A program made the translations under genes and the position numbers. Shown piece by piece: positions 46,459-55,649 of a stretch of DNA of 64,000 nucleotides. Positions within the stretch are counted from its first letter, which is position 1. Every line of letters begins with the position of its first letter. Source of the stretch: Planctomycetota bacterium. Lineage in GTDB: Bacteria; Planctomycetota; PLA2; JAEUHO01. The notes beneath the pieces are model-generated. The model did no database searches, was not told the DNA's origin, and worked only from the letters and a program-made list of their open reading frames with translations. The stretch is taken from positions 1,120,001 through 1,184,000 of the forward strand of contig CBDCTJ010000007.1 in the NCBI GenBank assembly GCA_965222115.1, written 5' to 3'.

Positions 46459-48767
46459 CGTCCGCGATCCTCCTCGGGCATGGAGAGGGGGACCGCAGCA
46501 GACACCGCGGACGCGTTCAAGCTGTGATCGACAGTGCCAGCCGTAACCCGATACGTTCGTCCGGGTTCCAAACCACCAAGTTCGATGACGGACTCAGATG
46601 ATGTGCCCACCAGTCGTCCATCCAGCCACACGCGGTAGGCGCGAACACCCACATTGTCTCGAGCACCATCCAAGGACACCGTGGCCACCGACGCCGAAAG
46701 GGGTACGGCGCGCACGCGCGTTGGTGCGGCGGGCGGTTTTGTATCCGATGTTGCGCCACTTGATTCGTCAAGCGTCACGTAGAGCGCGGTGGTGCCACGA
46801 ATGCGGTGTTTCCCCTTGTAACTGTGCGTGCCATGGCTGACGGCGAGTTGAAATGGAGGCTCATGGGTTACGGATGGTCCTTTGCCAATGTCGGCAAATC
46901 GCACGACGAGTTGGGCCGTGCCTTGATGATTGGCTGTGGCATCCACGACCTGTTTCCCGCTCGCGGACCGCACGCGAATACGCGCACCCTGCACCGGCGT
47001 TCCGGATTTCGACATCACCCGCACCGTGATGGTTGCCTCGCGCGCGCTGTGAAACGGGCCCGGGCTTGCCCACTGCGATCCCGACGTAATCGAAACATCG
47101 GTGTCGGCGTCGCGAATGATGTGGCCGCGGCTGGGTTGGTCGCCTGAGTTGTCCCAGCGCTCAAACTCGGGTCGATGACGCTTTCCCTTACCCGCATCGC
47201 GCCGCCAAACGTTGTCTTGAATTCGAGCGCCCCGTCCGGCTCCCCAAGCGCGATGAATGTATTCATCCGTCGCCAGAAACACATTGTGACGGAGATCGAT
47301 GACCGACGCATCTCGTGGGGGGGCTGCATCGGGGCCTTCGGTCCAGCTAAGCGCGCGCGCTGGAAACGGGTCGTGCGTAGAGCGCGCGCGAAACACGTTG
47401 TGATGCACGCGTGTATGTCGAGCGGGCCCCAAGGCAATATCGAGCGCGTACGCTCCGCCATGGTCCGCATCCCCCAGGGCGTCCACGGTGTTGTGATGGA
47501 TGTGTGCGTGGCTTCCACGTTCGATCTTGATGCCGTGCGTCCAATGCAGATCGGGGTATTCCGGATTGGGTCGATCGCTGGCATGAACGCGGTTGTGGTG
47601 CACATGGGCGTAGTGGCCAAAGTTGTCCTCGCCGTCAATATGAATGCCCCGCGACTCGCCGCGCAGTTCATTTTCGTACACGTCGGCGTGGGGTTTGTGA
47701 ATGCCAATCATGTAGGCGTTGGCCACGCGCGACACCGTGCCCAATACCCGATTGTGGTGTATCAAGAACGCGCCGTTGGTAGTCTTCCCTTGCACTTTGA
47801 TGCCCCATTGAGGCGAGGCGGTCACGAGATTTTGGTCAACTTCGCAGGCGCCGACAATGCCCTCCATCCAGATGGCCGCTACGCCGGGATAACTTCGATC
47901 GGTTACCGTTTTGGTGCGACATGCGATGCGGCAGTGATCCACACGCACATCGCCTTTGGGTTCTTCGTAGATGACGATGCCGCTTGTGTCCGGCCCCGAC
48001 ACGTTGATGGTAAGCGCACTCAAGCGGATGTGGTGCCCGCCTCGAAACTGCACGGCGGGACATTCACGTCCTTTGCCGGCTTGCTCGAGTGTTCCGTTGC
48101 ACACCACGGAGCTGCCGGGGTCGTAGAGGTACTCCGAAAACACCCCACACGCGCCCTTTGAACCGCTGGTGCCATAGCGCACGCAGTGTCCGTTTAGGTC
48201 AAGCGTGACGTCGGGCGCGGCGATAGTGAACGCTGTGCCCTTGCAAGTTATGTCTTTCGTGAGCACATAGCGCGTGTCACGCGTCGTCAATTTCATGGGT
48301 TTGTTGACGGTGACGGTGTTCTTGCGTTGCGGATACATGAGCGTTCCAGGCACACGCGCCGATATTGCGCGGCTCCAAGGACCCGTTCGCCTGCTGTCGG
48401 CGATTCGAAGCATCAATTGAAGCGTTCGTCCCGCTTCAAGCGGTCCAATCTCCAGCGCGAAATGCTGGTCTTCACCGATCGCACTTCGGACGGGAACGCG
48501 AAGCAACTTCTTGTCCTGCACGTTTCCGGCGAGCGACATGTGTTGCACGGATGCGCGCACATCAAAGGTTGGCTTGGCCAGGTCTCCGTGTACGTCAAAC
48601 GTCAAGACGACGAATCCAGCGTCTTCACTCGTACCTGTCGCAAGATTGCGAATCGTAGGCGCGGTAGCGATCGGCGATCGCGCAGCCGCGAGTGGGGGCG
48701 AGAGGGTGAGCCCGATCGCCAAGAAGATCCACCCTGCGCATTGACTGTGGCGGTACCTCCGATTCAT
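46455..48767 (-). CDS. Secreted right-handed beta-helix protein with FN3 domains (possible polysaccharide lyase/modifier)
   Basis: Signal peptide, VTLDLNGH, repeated HHN.V/I coils, C-terminal FN3 (DTKPPAAP...DNVGVRAY...GLEPGRTY). Confidence 0.75.
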   Translation of the reverse strand: MNRRYRHSQCAGWIFLAIGLTLSPPLAAARSPIATAPTIRNLATGTSEDAGFVVLTFDVHGDLAKPTFDVRASVQHMSLAGNVQDKKLLRVPVRSAIGEDQHFALEIGPLEAGRTLQLMLRIADSRRTGPWSRAISARVPGTLMYPQRKNTVTVNKPMKLTTRDTRYVLTKDITCKGTAFTIAAPDVTLDLNGHCVRYGTSGSKGACGVFSEYLYDPGSSVVCNGTLEQAGKGRECPAVQFRGGHHIRLSALTINVSGPDTSGIVIYEEPKGDVRVDHCRIACRTKTVTDRSYPGVAAIWMEGIVGACEVDQNLVTASPQWGIKVQGKTTNGAFLIHHNRVLGTVSRVANAYMIGIHKPHADVYENELRGESRGIHIDGEDNFGHYAHVHHNRVHASDRPNPEYPDLHWTHGIKIERGSHAHIHHNTVDALGDADHGGAYALDIALGPARHTRVHHNVFRARSTHDPFPARALSWTEGPDAAPPRDASVIDLRHNVFLATDEYIHRAWGAGRGARIQDNVWRRDAGKGKRHRPEFERWDNSGDQPSRGHIIRDADTDVSITSGSQWASPGPFHSAREATITVRVMSKSGTPVQGARIRVRSASGKQVVDATANHQGTAQLVVRFADIGKGPSVTHEPPFQLAVSHGTHSYKGKHRIRGTTALYVTLDESSGATSDTKPPAAPTRVRAVPLSASVATVSLDGARDNVGVRAYRVWLDGRLVGTSSESVIELGGLEPGRTYRVTAGTVDHSLNASAVSAAVPLSMPEEDRGR

Positions 48768-49711
48768 GCCATGACCGACGCACCGTCCGACAATGCGTGC
48801 TCGCCCGTAATCAGTGACTGCACGTCGCGCGGTCCCGATGTCGTGCTCTTTGCCGCGAGAGCAAGCACGTCGCGCATGGTGCCAAATCGATAGCGCTTGA
48901 GCAGGCGCTCCAGTCGACCGGCCATTTTGTGGAGTCCCACGTAGTGGCGGAACGTCGTGGCGCGTCCCGCGCCAGACATACGCGGTTGATCGGGATCGAC
49001 TTCCCACGGATGGAGATACACTACCGCGGGTTGCCCTCTGCGATTGGCCCGCGATATCGCGCGTCGCATGAGGGCGGGCGGCAAGACGCGCATCCATCCA
49101 CCGCCCGCCACCGGCAAGTTCTTACCCCACATGCGAAGCGTGGTCATGGGGAACTCCCAAATCGCGTGGCCTTGTAATGTCTTGAGATGGACCGGGAAGC
49201 GCGGGAAGGTGGGAATGCCGTAGCGATCGTGGCGCACCGGGAAAATGCTGCTGCTGTAGGTATAGCCCTCTTCGGCCAATACATCGAGTGCCCAGATTGA
49301 CTGTGGACACACCGAGAAGCTCGGCGCGCGAAACCCGTCGATCGCTACATCGGTGGCTTGGGTGAGTGCTTCTTTCGCGCGCCTTAAGTCGGCGCGAAAC
49401 GCGTCTGGCGTCATGCTGTTAACAAGACGGTGTTCATAACCATGCGAAGCCACTTCGTGTCCTGCATCAGCAATGGCTCGAATGAGCGACGGGTATCGCT
49501 CGGCGACCCAACCCAGCGTAAAGAACGTGGCCTTCGTGTCGTATTTCGCAAAGAGCGCAAGCAGCCGTTCGGTGTTGGCTTCCACGCGGCACTCGTAGTC
49601 GTTCCATGTGCCGCGGTCCACTAGATGTTCAAACGCCGAAACCTGGAAGTAGTCCTCCACGTCGACGGACATGGCATTCAGCGGCCGCGCGTCATGCGTT
49701 TTGTCAATCAT
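48764..49711 (-). CDS. XrtA-system-type polysaccharide deacetylase (DUF3473)
   Basis: NAMSVDVEDYFQVSAF, ATFFTLGWVAE, SHGYEH, GFRAPSFS, YLHPWEVDPDQPR. Confidence 0.92.
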   Translation of the reverse strand: MIDKTHDARPLNAMSVDVEDYFQVSAFEHLVDRGTWNDYECRVEANTERLLALFAKYDTKATFFTLGWVAERYPSLIRAIADAGHEVASHGYEHRLVNSMTPDAFRADLRRAKEALTQATDVAIDGFRAPSFSVCPQSIWALDVLAEEGYTYSSSIFPVRHDRYGIPTFPRFPVHLKTLQGHAIWEFPMTTLRMWGKNLPVAGGGWMRVLPPALMRRAISRANRRGQPAVVYLHPWEVDPDQPRMSGAGRATTFRHYVGLHKMAGRLERLLKRYRFGTMRDVLALAAKSTTSGPRDVQSLITGEHALSDGASVMA

Positions 49712-51087
49712 GTGGGCCTCATTTCGTCAGGCTCCCATCCATCCAGTCGCTCCAGCGCACGTCGTTCTTCGGATCGACACGAGACGGCCACGACCAGCAA
49801 AGCCGGAACCCAATACCAATTCGACCGCTCCAGGTTGTGGGCGCCCAAGCCCGACACAAACAACAAGCCCAACGTGAAGATGAGCGTAAAGCACAACTTG
49901 GCAACGGCGATGTCCCATGCCGTTCCGCGCCGCTTTCGCCGCCGCATTTCGCGCCACCCCAGTAGCACGGCGCTGATCAGAAAGCCGAAAAACGTGAGCG
50001 TTCCGAGAAATCCGCGGGTAGCCAGTGCGTGGCCCACGAGGTTGTGGGGCATGAGTTTGTCGCCGTCCACGCGGCGCACGCGATAGGTTGTCCAATTTCC
50101 TGGACCCACACCCAATACCGGATTGTCTTTGAAGATTTCAAAGCCCACCTTGTAGCCATCGATGCGGCCAACCGTGGACGCATCACTTTCATACGTCTGG
50201 GAATCTGCCACCGATGCGACGCGTTTGAGCTGGGCGGGGCTCAGTGTGCCCACGAGCGCGATGCCCAGCCCCACGATGGCAGCCAGCATGATTCGCCGTG
50301 GCCAACCCTTCGGCACGATCATGAAGCTCCACAGGAGCGTGAGCACCGTAAGAATGAGGGCCGAGCGACTTGAGGTTTTAAAGACACAAAATAGCGAACC
50401 CAACATGTACCCCGTGGCACAGATACGGATGAAGATACTGCTCGTGTGTACGAGGACCCAGATCATGATCGGCATCGCGAAAACGATCGATGCCCCAAAC
50501 GAGTTGGGGTCGGCATTGGAGAGACCCGCACCGAGCATGCGCGGCACGCCCTGCTGGAAGTCCATTCGGCCGCCGTAAAACTCGCGAACGGAAATCACCA
50601 TGTAGAGACCGACGGCCGCACAGACGATCAGCAGGAAGAACAATAGTTGCCGGCGGGTCTGAACGATGTTAATGATCAGAAAGTAGGACACGATGGTCGT
50701 CAAGTGCCGAATGTGTTCTTCCTTCGCAATGGGAAAGTCGAAGGCCCATAGTGCTGAGAAGCTTGTGGCGAGAATAAACGCCAAGAGCCAAATGGACGTG
50801 CCCCACCGAATACTCAGTGCGCGCCCTTCCTGGACGCTGCGTGCGATTCCCGTGCCAACGGTGACTGCCAGAAGCACCACACCCAACAAGAAGCGCGGTC
50901 GCGCATCGCCGATGCTTGGGTAGTGCTCATCGATAAAACTCAGCGCCAAGAACATGTAGATCGCAAGCAGCCAGAAATACGGCGTCAGTCCGGTCAGTCG
51001 GGTTGCGGCGTACGGAAAGAAGCCACGGTAGGGAGGCGGCGTCCATGGCGCGTCGGCGCGTAGCAATGTGGGCAGTTTGGTCGTCAT
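49708..51087 (-). CDS. O-antigen ligase / Wzy-family polymerase
   Basis: Many TM helices, DPN, TSSRS, S..GR...Y, PVLGVGPGN, PHN. Confidence 0.85.
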   Translation of the reverse strand: MTTKLPTLLRADAPWTPPPYRGFFPYAATRLTGLTPYFWLLAIYMFLALSFIDEHYPSIGDARPRFLLGVVLLAVTVGTGIARSVQEGRALSIRWGTSIWLLAFILATSFSALWAFDFPIAKEEHIRHLTTIVSYFLIINIVQTRRQLLFFLLIVCAAVGLYMVISVREFYGGRMDFQQGVPRMLGAGLSNADPNSFGASIVFAMPIMIWVLVHTSSIFIRICATGYMLGSLFCVFKTSSRSALILTVLTLLWSFMIVPKGWPRRIMLAAIVGLGIALVGTLSPAQLKRVASVADSQTYESDASTVGRIDGYKVGFEIFKDNPVLGVGPGNWTTYRVRRVDGDKLMPHNLVGHALATRGFLGTLTFFGFLISAVLLGWREMRRRKRRGTAWDIAVAKLCFTLIFTLGLLFVSGLGAHNLERSNWYWVPALLVVAVSCRSEERRALERLDGWEPDEMRPT

Positions 51088-52766
51088 GCGCGCGTTGCCT
51101 CCACGCCCACAACTTCCGTTGCGGATTCCGGGAGCACATCAGGCGATCCTTCTAGGCTTGTAGGGGATGGCGTGGGACACGCGAGTGCCGGCAACAGCTT
51201 CATGAGGCCGAACGCCAATCCCGTGAAACACACCACGCTACCTACCGCCGCACCGATAAGCGCCCACCATCCGTAGGAATGTTCGGGTGGACAAGCCGTG
51301 CGCAGGATCAACCATGTCAACACGCCCGCCACGAGCGGCACGATCCAAACGCGCGCGACGTAGCGCAACAGCGACATCTCGTGACTCTTACACGCCCACC
51401 ACGGCATGAGCAGCGCGTGGACGAAGAACGCGGGAATTGCGGTTCCCAGAGCAACCCCTTCAATGCCGTAGGGACCAACCAACGCCACACTCAAAGAGAT
51501 GTTGGCAACGGCTTCCACAATCGAAAAGGTGGCCAGCGATCCCATGCGACCCAGGCCTTGGTGGGCAGCAACGATGGGAAAACTCGCAATCGGTGCCACG
51601 GCGCCAAGTGCCATGATGAGCAGCGCCGTACGACCTTCGAGGCGAAATGTGTTGTCGCCATGCATCCACGTTTCTAGAAATGCACCGCCCAGCACGATCA
51701 AGTACACGAGAATTGGACCCGCAAACACGAGCATGTTTCGCGCGCCGGTGGTGAGCAGATGTCGAATGCCCTCGTGGTCGCCACGCGCATGGCGTGCGCC
51801 CAACTCCGGCATAAGAACGCGTCCCATGGCCCATAGCAATGCGCGCGCGTGGAAAGCAAGACGCGCTGCGCGATCAAAGTAGGTGACGGCCAATGTGCTG
51901 ACGCCTGTGCCAATGATGATGGCGTCGGTTTCATAGGTCATATGCAGGGCAAGGGCCACCACGATATTGAAGCCGCCGTACTTGAGCAGCCCGCCTGTAC
52001 TTCCTTTGGACGCCAACCGCGGTGCGATTCGCATGGCGGGCACTTCGCGAAATGCACGGCGCGTCTTCCACACCATTTCAACGGCCTCAGCCGCCACATT
52101 GACCAATGCAAGCGCAATGAGCGGTGAACCAAGCGTTCCCTGGTGAGCGAGTGCGAGCACCGATACAACACCGATGGTTCGCAGCACGAGAATGACGCAA
52201 TCGATGCGACACGTAATGTCGTAGCGCTGTTTGCCAATTAATCCCGCGGTGAACGCATTCCACGGAAGCGCAAAGGCCATGCCCGCACCCGCTATCCAAA
52301 GCGCAGTCGTGGCCTCCTCGCGATGTTCCAATGCCACGTTAAACCACTCGGCCAAGTTCGGCGCCAAGATCGCAGTGCCCGTCAGGATGAATAGCGCACC
52401 CGTACAAAGCGTCAGAAACGCGCTGTTGACGTAGCGATTGATGGATTTCGAATCTGCGAGTGCGTCGTGCTTGGCGATAAAATGCACAATGGCGGGGCGA
52501 ATGCCCAAGTCGGCGATGTTGAGGTAGCCCGTTAGGCCGTTGATGATGGCCCAAACACCAAACAGACTCTTGCCCAGCATCTCGACCACGTAGGGCGAGA
52601 CCAGCAAGAGCGCGAGCGCATTGATCAGATACGCGGCCCAGTTCCAGGTGGCGTTGCGCGCCAATACGCGTCGTGACGACCCCTTCTTGCCGGCAATATG
52701 GCGCATGATGCGGCCGCGATGCCGCTCGGGGGCCTCGACGTTGGCGGGGGGTTGTTCCTCGGTCAT
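51084..52766 (-). CDS. wzx: Wzx-type oligosaccharide flippase
   Basis: LARNATWN, FGVW...GY..DLG, about 12-14 TM helices, YGIEGVALGT. Confidence 0.85.
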   Translation of the reverse strand: MTEEQPPANVEAPERHRGRIMRHIAGKKGSSRRVLARNATWNWAAYLINALALLLVSPYVVEMLGKSLFGVWAIINGLTGYLNIADLGIRPAIVHFIAKHDALADSKSINRYVNSAFLTLCTGALFILTGTAILAPNLAEWFNVALEHREEATTALWIAGAGMAFALPWNAFTAGLIGKQRYDITCRIDCVILVLRTIGVVSVLALAHQGTLGSPLIALALVNVAAEAVEMVWKTRRAFREVPAMRIAPRLASKGSTGGLLKYGGFNIVVALALHMTYETDAIIIGTGVSTLAVTYFDRAARLAFHARALLWAMGRVLMPELGARHARGDHEGIRHLLTTGARNMLVFAGPILVYLIVLGGAFLETWMHGDNTFRLEGRTALLIMALGAVAPIASFPIVAAHQGLGRMGSLATFSIVEAVANISLSVALVGPYGIEGVALGTAIPAFFVHALLMPWWACKSHEMSLLRYVARVWIVPLVAGVLTWLILRTACPPEHSYGWWALIGAAVGSVVCFTGLAFGLMKLLPALACPTPSPTSLEGSPDVLPESATEVVGVEATRA

Positions 52767-52793
52767 CGCGTCGCGAATCGCTCCTAGCCCAGG

Positions 52794-52820
52794 CTAGCCC
52801 AAATCGTTCATGAACTGACG
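52794..52820. repeat. Solo degenerate end of the CTAG-targeting MITE family
   Basis: CTAG-CCCAAATCGTTCATGAACTGACG. Bases 52807-52820 are the exact reverse complement of 9833-9846. Confidence 0.5.
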
Positions 52821-53215
52821 TAAGTCGCGTGTTTTGCGCTCGTTTTCGATTCCAGTCCATTGGCGCGGCGACGTGCCCTGAACCTCAACCTATATAGAGC
52901 CCATCGACCAGCCAGCGCACATCGTTAAGTCCCGCCCCCATGGTCCCCGAATCGCCTCAAGCGCCGAAGATTGCACCGATGGACCTTTACTCCGATCGCG
53001 GAATCGTCCGATAGTGCGCCCGTGGCTTGTGGGTTCCCCCTCGGGATCCGTGCGCCACAGGCACCGTGAGGGTTGGCCATGCGACGCCACCGAGTGATCT
53101 TGGTGGGTTTCCGTATGGTGGTGGAGGCTTAGCAAGCCGCCATCACGCCGCCGCCTACAATACGACAACCGAACGCGCGGCGGGTTCCCCCCGCTTGCGG
53201 AGGCCTGCTTTTACT

Positions 53216-54160
53216 ATGCGCACCTGTGTTACCGGCGGAGCGGGATTCATCGGATCCACGCTCGTTGATCGCCTCGTCCGCGACGGCCACGATGTCGTTG
53301 TGTTGGATGACCTCAGTACGGGCCGACTCGAAAACCTCGCGTTCGCGCGTCAGCATATTGAGTTTATCGAGGGCGACCTGCGCGATGAGGCCACCGTGAG
53401 GCGCGCCGTGAAGGGTTGCGAAGTCGTCTTTCATCAGGCGGCGCTGGCCGCCGTGGCGCGCAGCGTCGAGAAGCCCGAGCTGGTCACCGATGTCAATGTT
53501 CGCGGAACGGTGAACGTGCTTGTGGCGGCGCGCGATGCGGGCGCCCGTCGTGTGGTGATGGCCAGCTCGTCATCGGTCTATGGCGATACGCCCGAGTTGC
53601 CCAAGCACGAGGCGATGACGCTTTCTCCACGTAGTCCCTATGCGGCGTCCAAAGCGTGCGGCGAGGCCTACTTTGAAGCATTCCAGGCGTCCTACGGTTT
53701 GGAGACGGTTCCGCTGCGCTACTTCAATGTCTATGGACTCCGCCAGTCACCGCGTTCGCTTTATGCCGCCGTGGTGCCGCTATTCGTTGAGGCCTTTTCC
53801 CTCGGTCGTCAACCCACGATCTACGGCGACGGTGAACAGACACGCGACTTTACGTTTATCGAAGACGTCGTGGAAGCCAACTGGAAGGCCGCGACCATGC
53901 CGCGCGCACCCGAGGGCCCCATGAATATTGGCGGGGGCGCTCGCATCAGCATCAATGAACTCGCGCGCACGATCGCCGCTTCGTTTGGCGTGCCGTGCGA
54001 GCCCGTCTATGAACCCACGCGGGTCGGCGATGTTCGTGATTCCCTGGCCGACATCACCCACGCGCGAACGCGTCTTGAATGGGAGCCGCAAACGGCACTT
54101 GCCGATGGCATCGCGGTGCTTGTGGACGCTGCCAAAGGCGCCGTGTCCTCCGCGACCTAA
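53216..54160 (+). CDS. NAD-dependent nucleotide-sugar 4-epimerase (WbpP/GalE-like SDR)
   Basis: VTGGAGFIGS, FHQAA, SSSSVYG, YAASK, RYFNVYG, GDGEQTRDF. Confidence 0.93.
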   Translation: MRTCVTGGAGFIGSTLVDRLVRDGHDVVVLDDLSTGRLENLAFARQHIEFIEGDLRDEATVRRAVKGCEVVFHQAALAAVARSVEKPELVTDVNVRGTVNVLVAARDAGARRVVMASSSSVYGDTPELPKHEAMTLSPRSPYAASKACGEAYFEAFQASYGLETVPLRYFNVYGLRQSPRSLYAAVVPLFVEAFSLGRQPTIYGDGEQTRDFTFIEDVVEANWKAATMPRAPEGPMNIGGGARISINELARTIAASFGVPCEPVYEPTRVGDVRDSLADITHARTRLEWEPQTALADGIAVLVDAAKGAVSSAT

Positions 54161-54232
54161 CGCATACGTCAAACCAACCTGAAGCGAATCAACCGTACCT
54201 ACCCACATACCACGAAGGACAGCGAGGAACCC

Positions 54233-55648
54233 ATGAGCGAAACAACGGCCGCTGCGCGCCTCAACGCCATGCGCGAGAAGATTCGTTCGCGCACGCTGCG
54301 CTACGGCGTGATTGGCATGGGATACGTGGGCCTGCCCCTGGCAGTCGAGTTTGCCAAACAGGGCGTCGATGTCACCGGCTTTGAAGTCGATACCGACAAG
54401 GTCAAAGCCCTCCGCGCAGGCACGTCCTATATTCCCGATGTACCGAGCGACGACGTAGCCGCCTTGGTCCAGGCGGAAACGTTGCGCGCCACACTCGACT
54501 TTGGCCTTCTCGCCGACATGGATGTCATCAGCATTTGTGTCCCCACACCGCTTTCCAAGAGCCGTGATCCCGATCTTAGTTACGTTGATGCCGCCACCAA
54601 GTGCGTCGAAGCCACGCTCAAGTCCGGTCAACTTGTGATTCTTGAAAGCACGACCTATCCGGGCATGACTGAGGAGTACATTCTTCCGCGATTGGAAGCG
54701 TGTGGCTACGAGGTTGGTGGTGAGTTTTGGCTAGCGTTTTCGCCCGAGCGCGTGGACCCGGCCAACGACACCTACGGCATCAAGAACACGCCCAAGGTCG
54801 TGGGCGGCGTCGGCGATGCTTCCACCGAACTTGCAACGTCGTTTTACGAGATCGCCATCGATCACGTGCACTCGGTGAGTTCTGCAGCGGCGGCCGAGAT
54901 GGTGAAGTTGCTGGAAAACACCTTCCGTAGCGTCAACATTGGTTTGGTCAATGAAGTCGCCATGATGTGTGACAAGCTCGGCCTCAATGCCCGAGAAATC
55001 ATCCGCGCGGCGGCCACGAAGCCCTTTGGTTTTATGCGCTTCGAACCCGGCCCCGGCATCGGCGGTCACTGCATTCCGCTCGATCCGATCTATCTCTCGT
55101 GGAAGTTGCGCACACTTGACTACCGCGCCCGATTCGTCGAGCTGGCCCAAGACGTCAATACGTCCATGCCCGAGTACCTCGTAGACCGCGTGGCGCGTGC
55201 CCTGAATGAGCGCGAGCGAAGCGTGCGCGGCTCGAATATTGTTGTTGTTGGGGTGGCCTACAAGAAGGACGTAGACGACACCCGGGAATCGCCTGCCTTG
55301 GACGTCATGGGACGATTGATTGAGTCCGGGGCTCTTGTGTCCTACATCGATCCCTTTGTAGACTCTGTGCGTGTCGGAGACCGCGAGCTGCGAGCGGTAC
55401 CGTGTAGTGAAGCCGTGCTGTCGAATGCGGACCTTGTAGTTGTGACGACCGATCACACGAATATCGATTGGCCCCTGATTGGGCGATGCGCCACCACCAT
55501 CGTGGACGCGCGTGGCGTCGTCCCACGCGATGGCGTGACGGGCGTTCTTTGGCCTTTGAGCGGTCAACCCACACGCGGTTCCGGCAACGTCGCCTCCACG
55601 AACAGCACAACCCATCGCACCGGCAAGGCCGTGGGCGCGGAGTCGTAG
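54233..55648 (+). CDS. UDP-N-acetylhexosamine 6-dehydrogenase (WbpA/WecC family)
   Basis: GMGYVGLPLA, CVPTP, LESTTYPG, FSPERVDP, GPGIGGHCIP, AYKKDVDDTRESP. Confidence 0.95.
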   Translation: MSETTAAARLNAMREKIRSRTLRYGVIGMGYVGLPLAVEFAKQGVDVTGFEVDTDKVKALRAGTSYIPDVPSDDVAALVQAETLRATLDFGLLADMDVISICVPTPLSKSRDPDLSYVDAATKCVEATLKSGQLVILESTTYPGMTEEYILPRLEACGYEVGGEFWLAFSPERVDPANDTYGIKNTPKVVGGVGDASTELATSFYEIAIDHVHSVSSAAAAEMVKLLENTFRSVNIGLVNEVAMMCDKLGLNAREIIRAAATKPFGFMRFEPGPGIGGHCIPLDPIYLSWKLRTLDYRARFVELAQDVNTSMPEYLVDRVARALNERERSVRGSNIVVVGVAYKKDVDDTRESPALDVMGRLIESGALVSYIDPFVDSVRVGDRELRAVPCSEAVLSNADLVVVTTDHTNIDWPLIGRCATTIVDARGVVPRDGVTGVLWPLSGQPTRGSGNVASTNSTTHRTGKAVGAES

Positions 55649-55649
55649 C

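Noticed and set aside
48764-49711. Complete PEP-CTERM/exosortase system suggested by the XrtA-type deacetylase
   Set aside because: No exosortase, PrsK/PrsR or PEP-CTERM tail recognised in the window.
52861-52876. Sigma-54-like TGGCGC...TGC upstream of the epimerase operon
   Set aside because: GG-to-GC spacing is 11 nt rather than the required 10.
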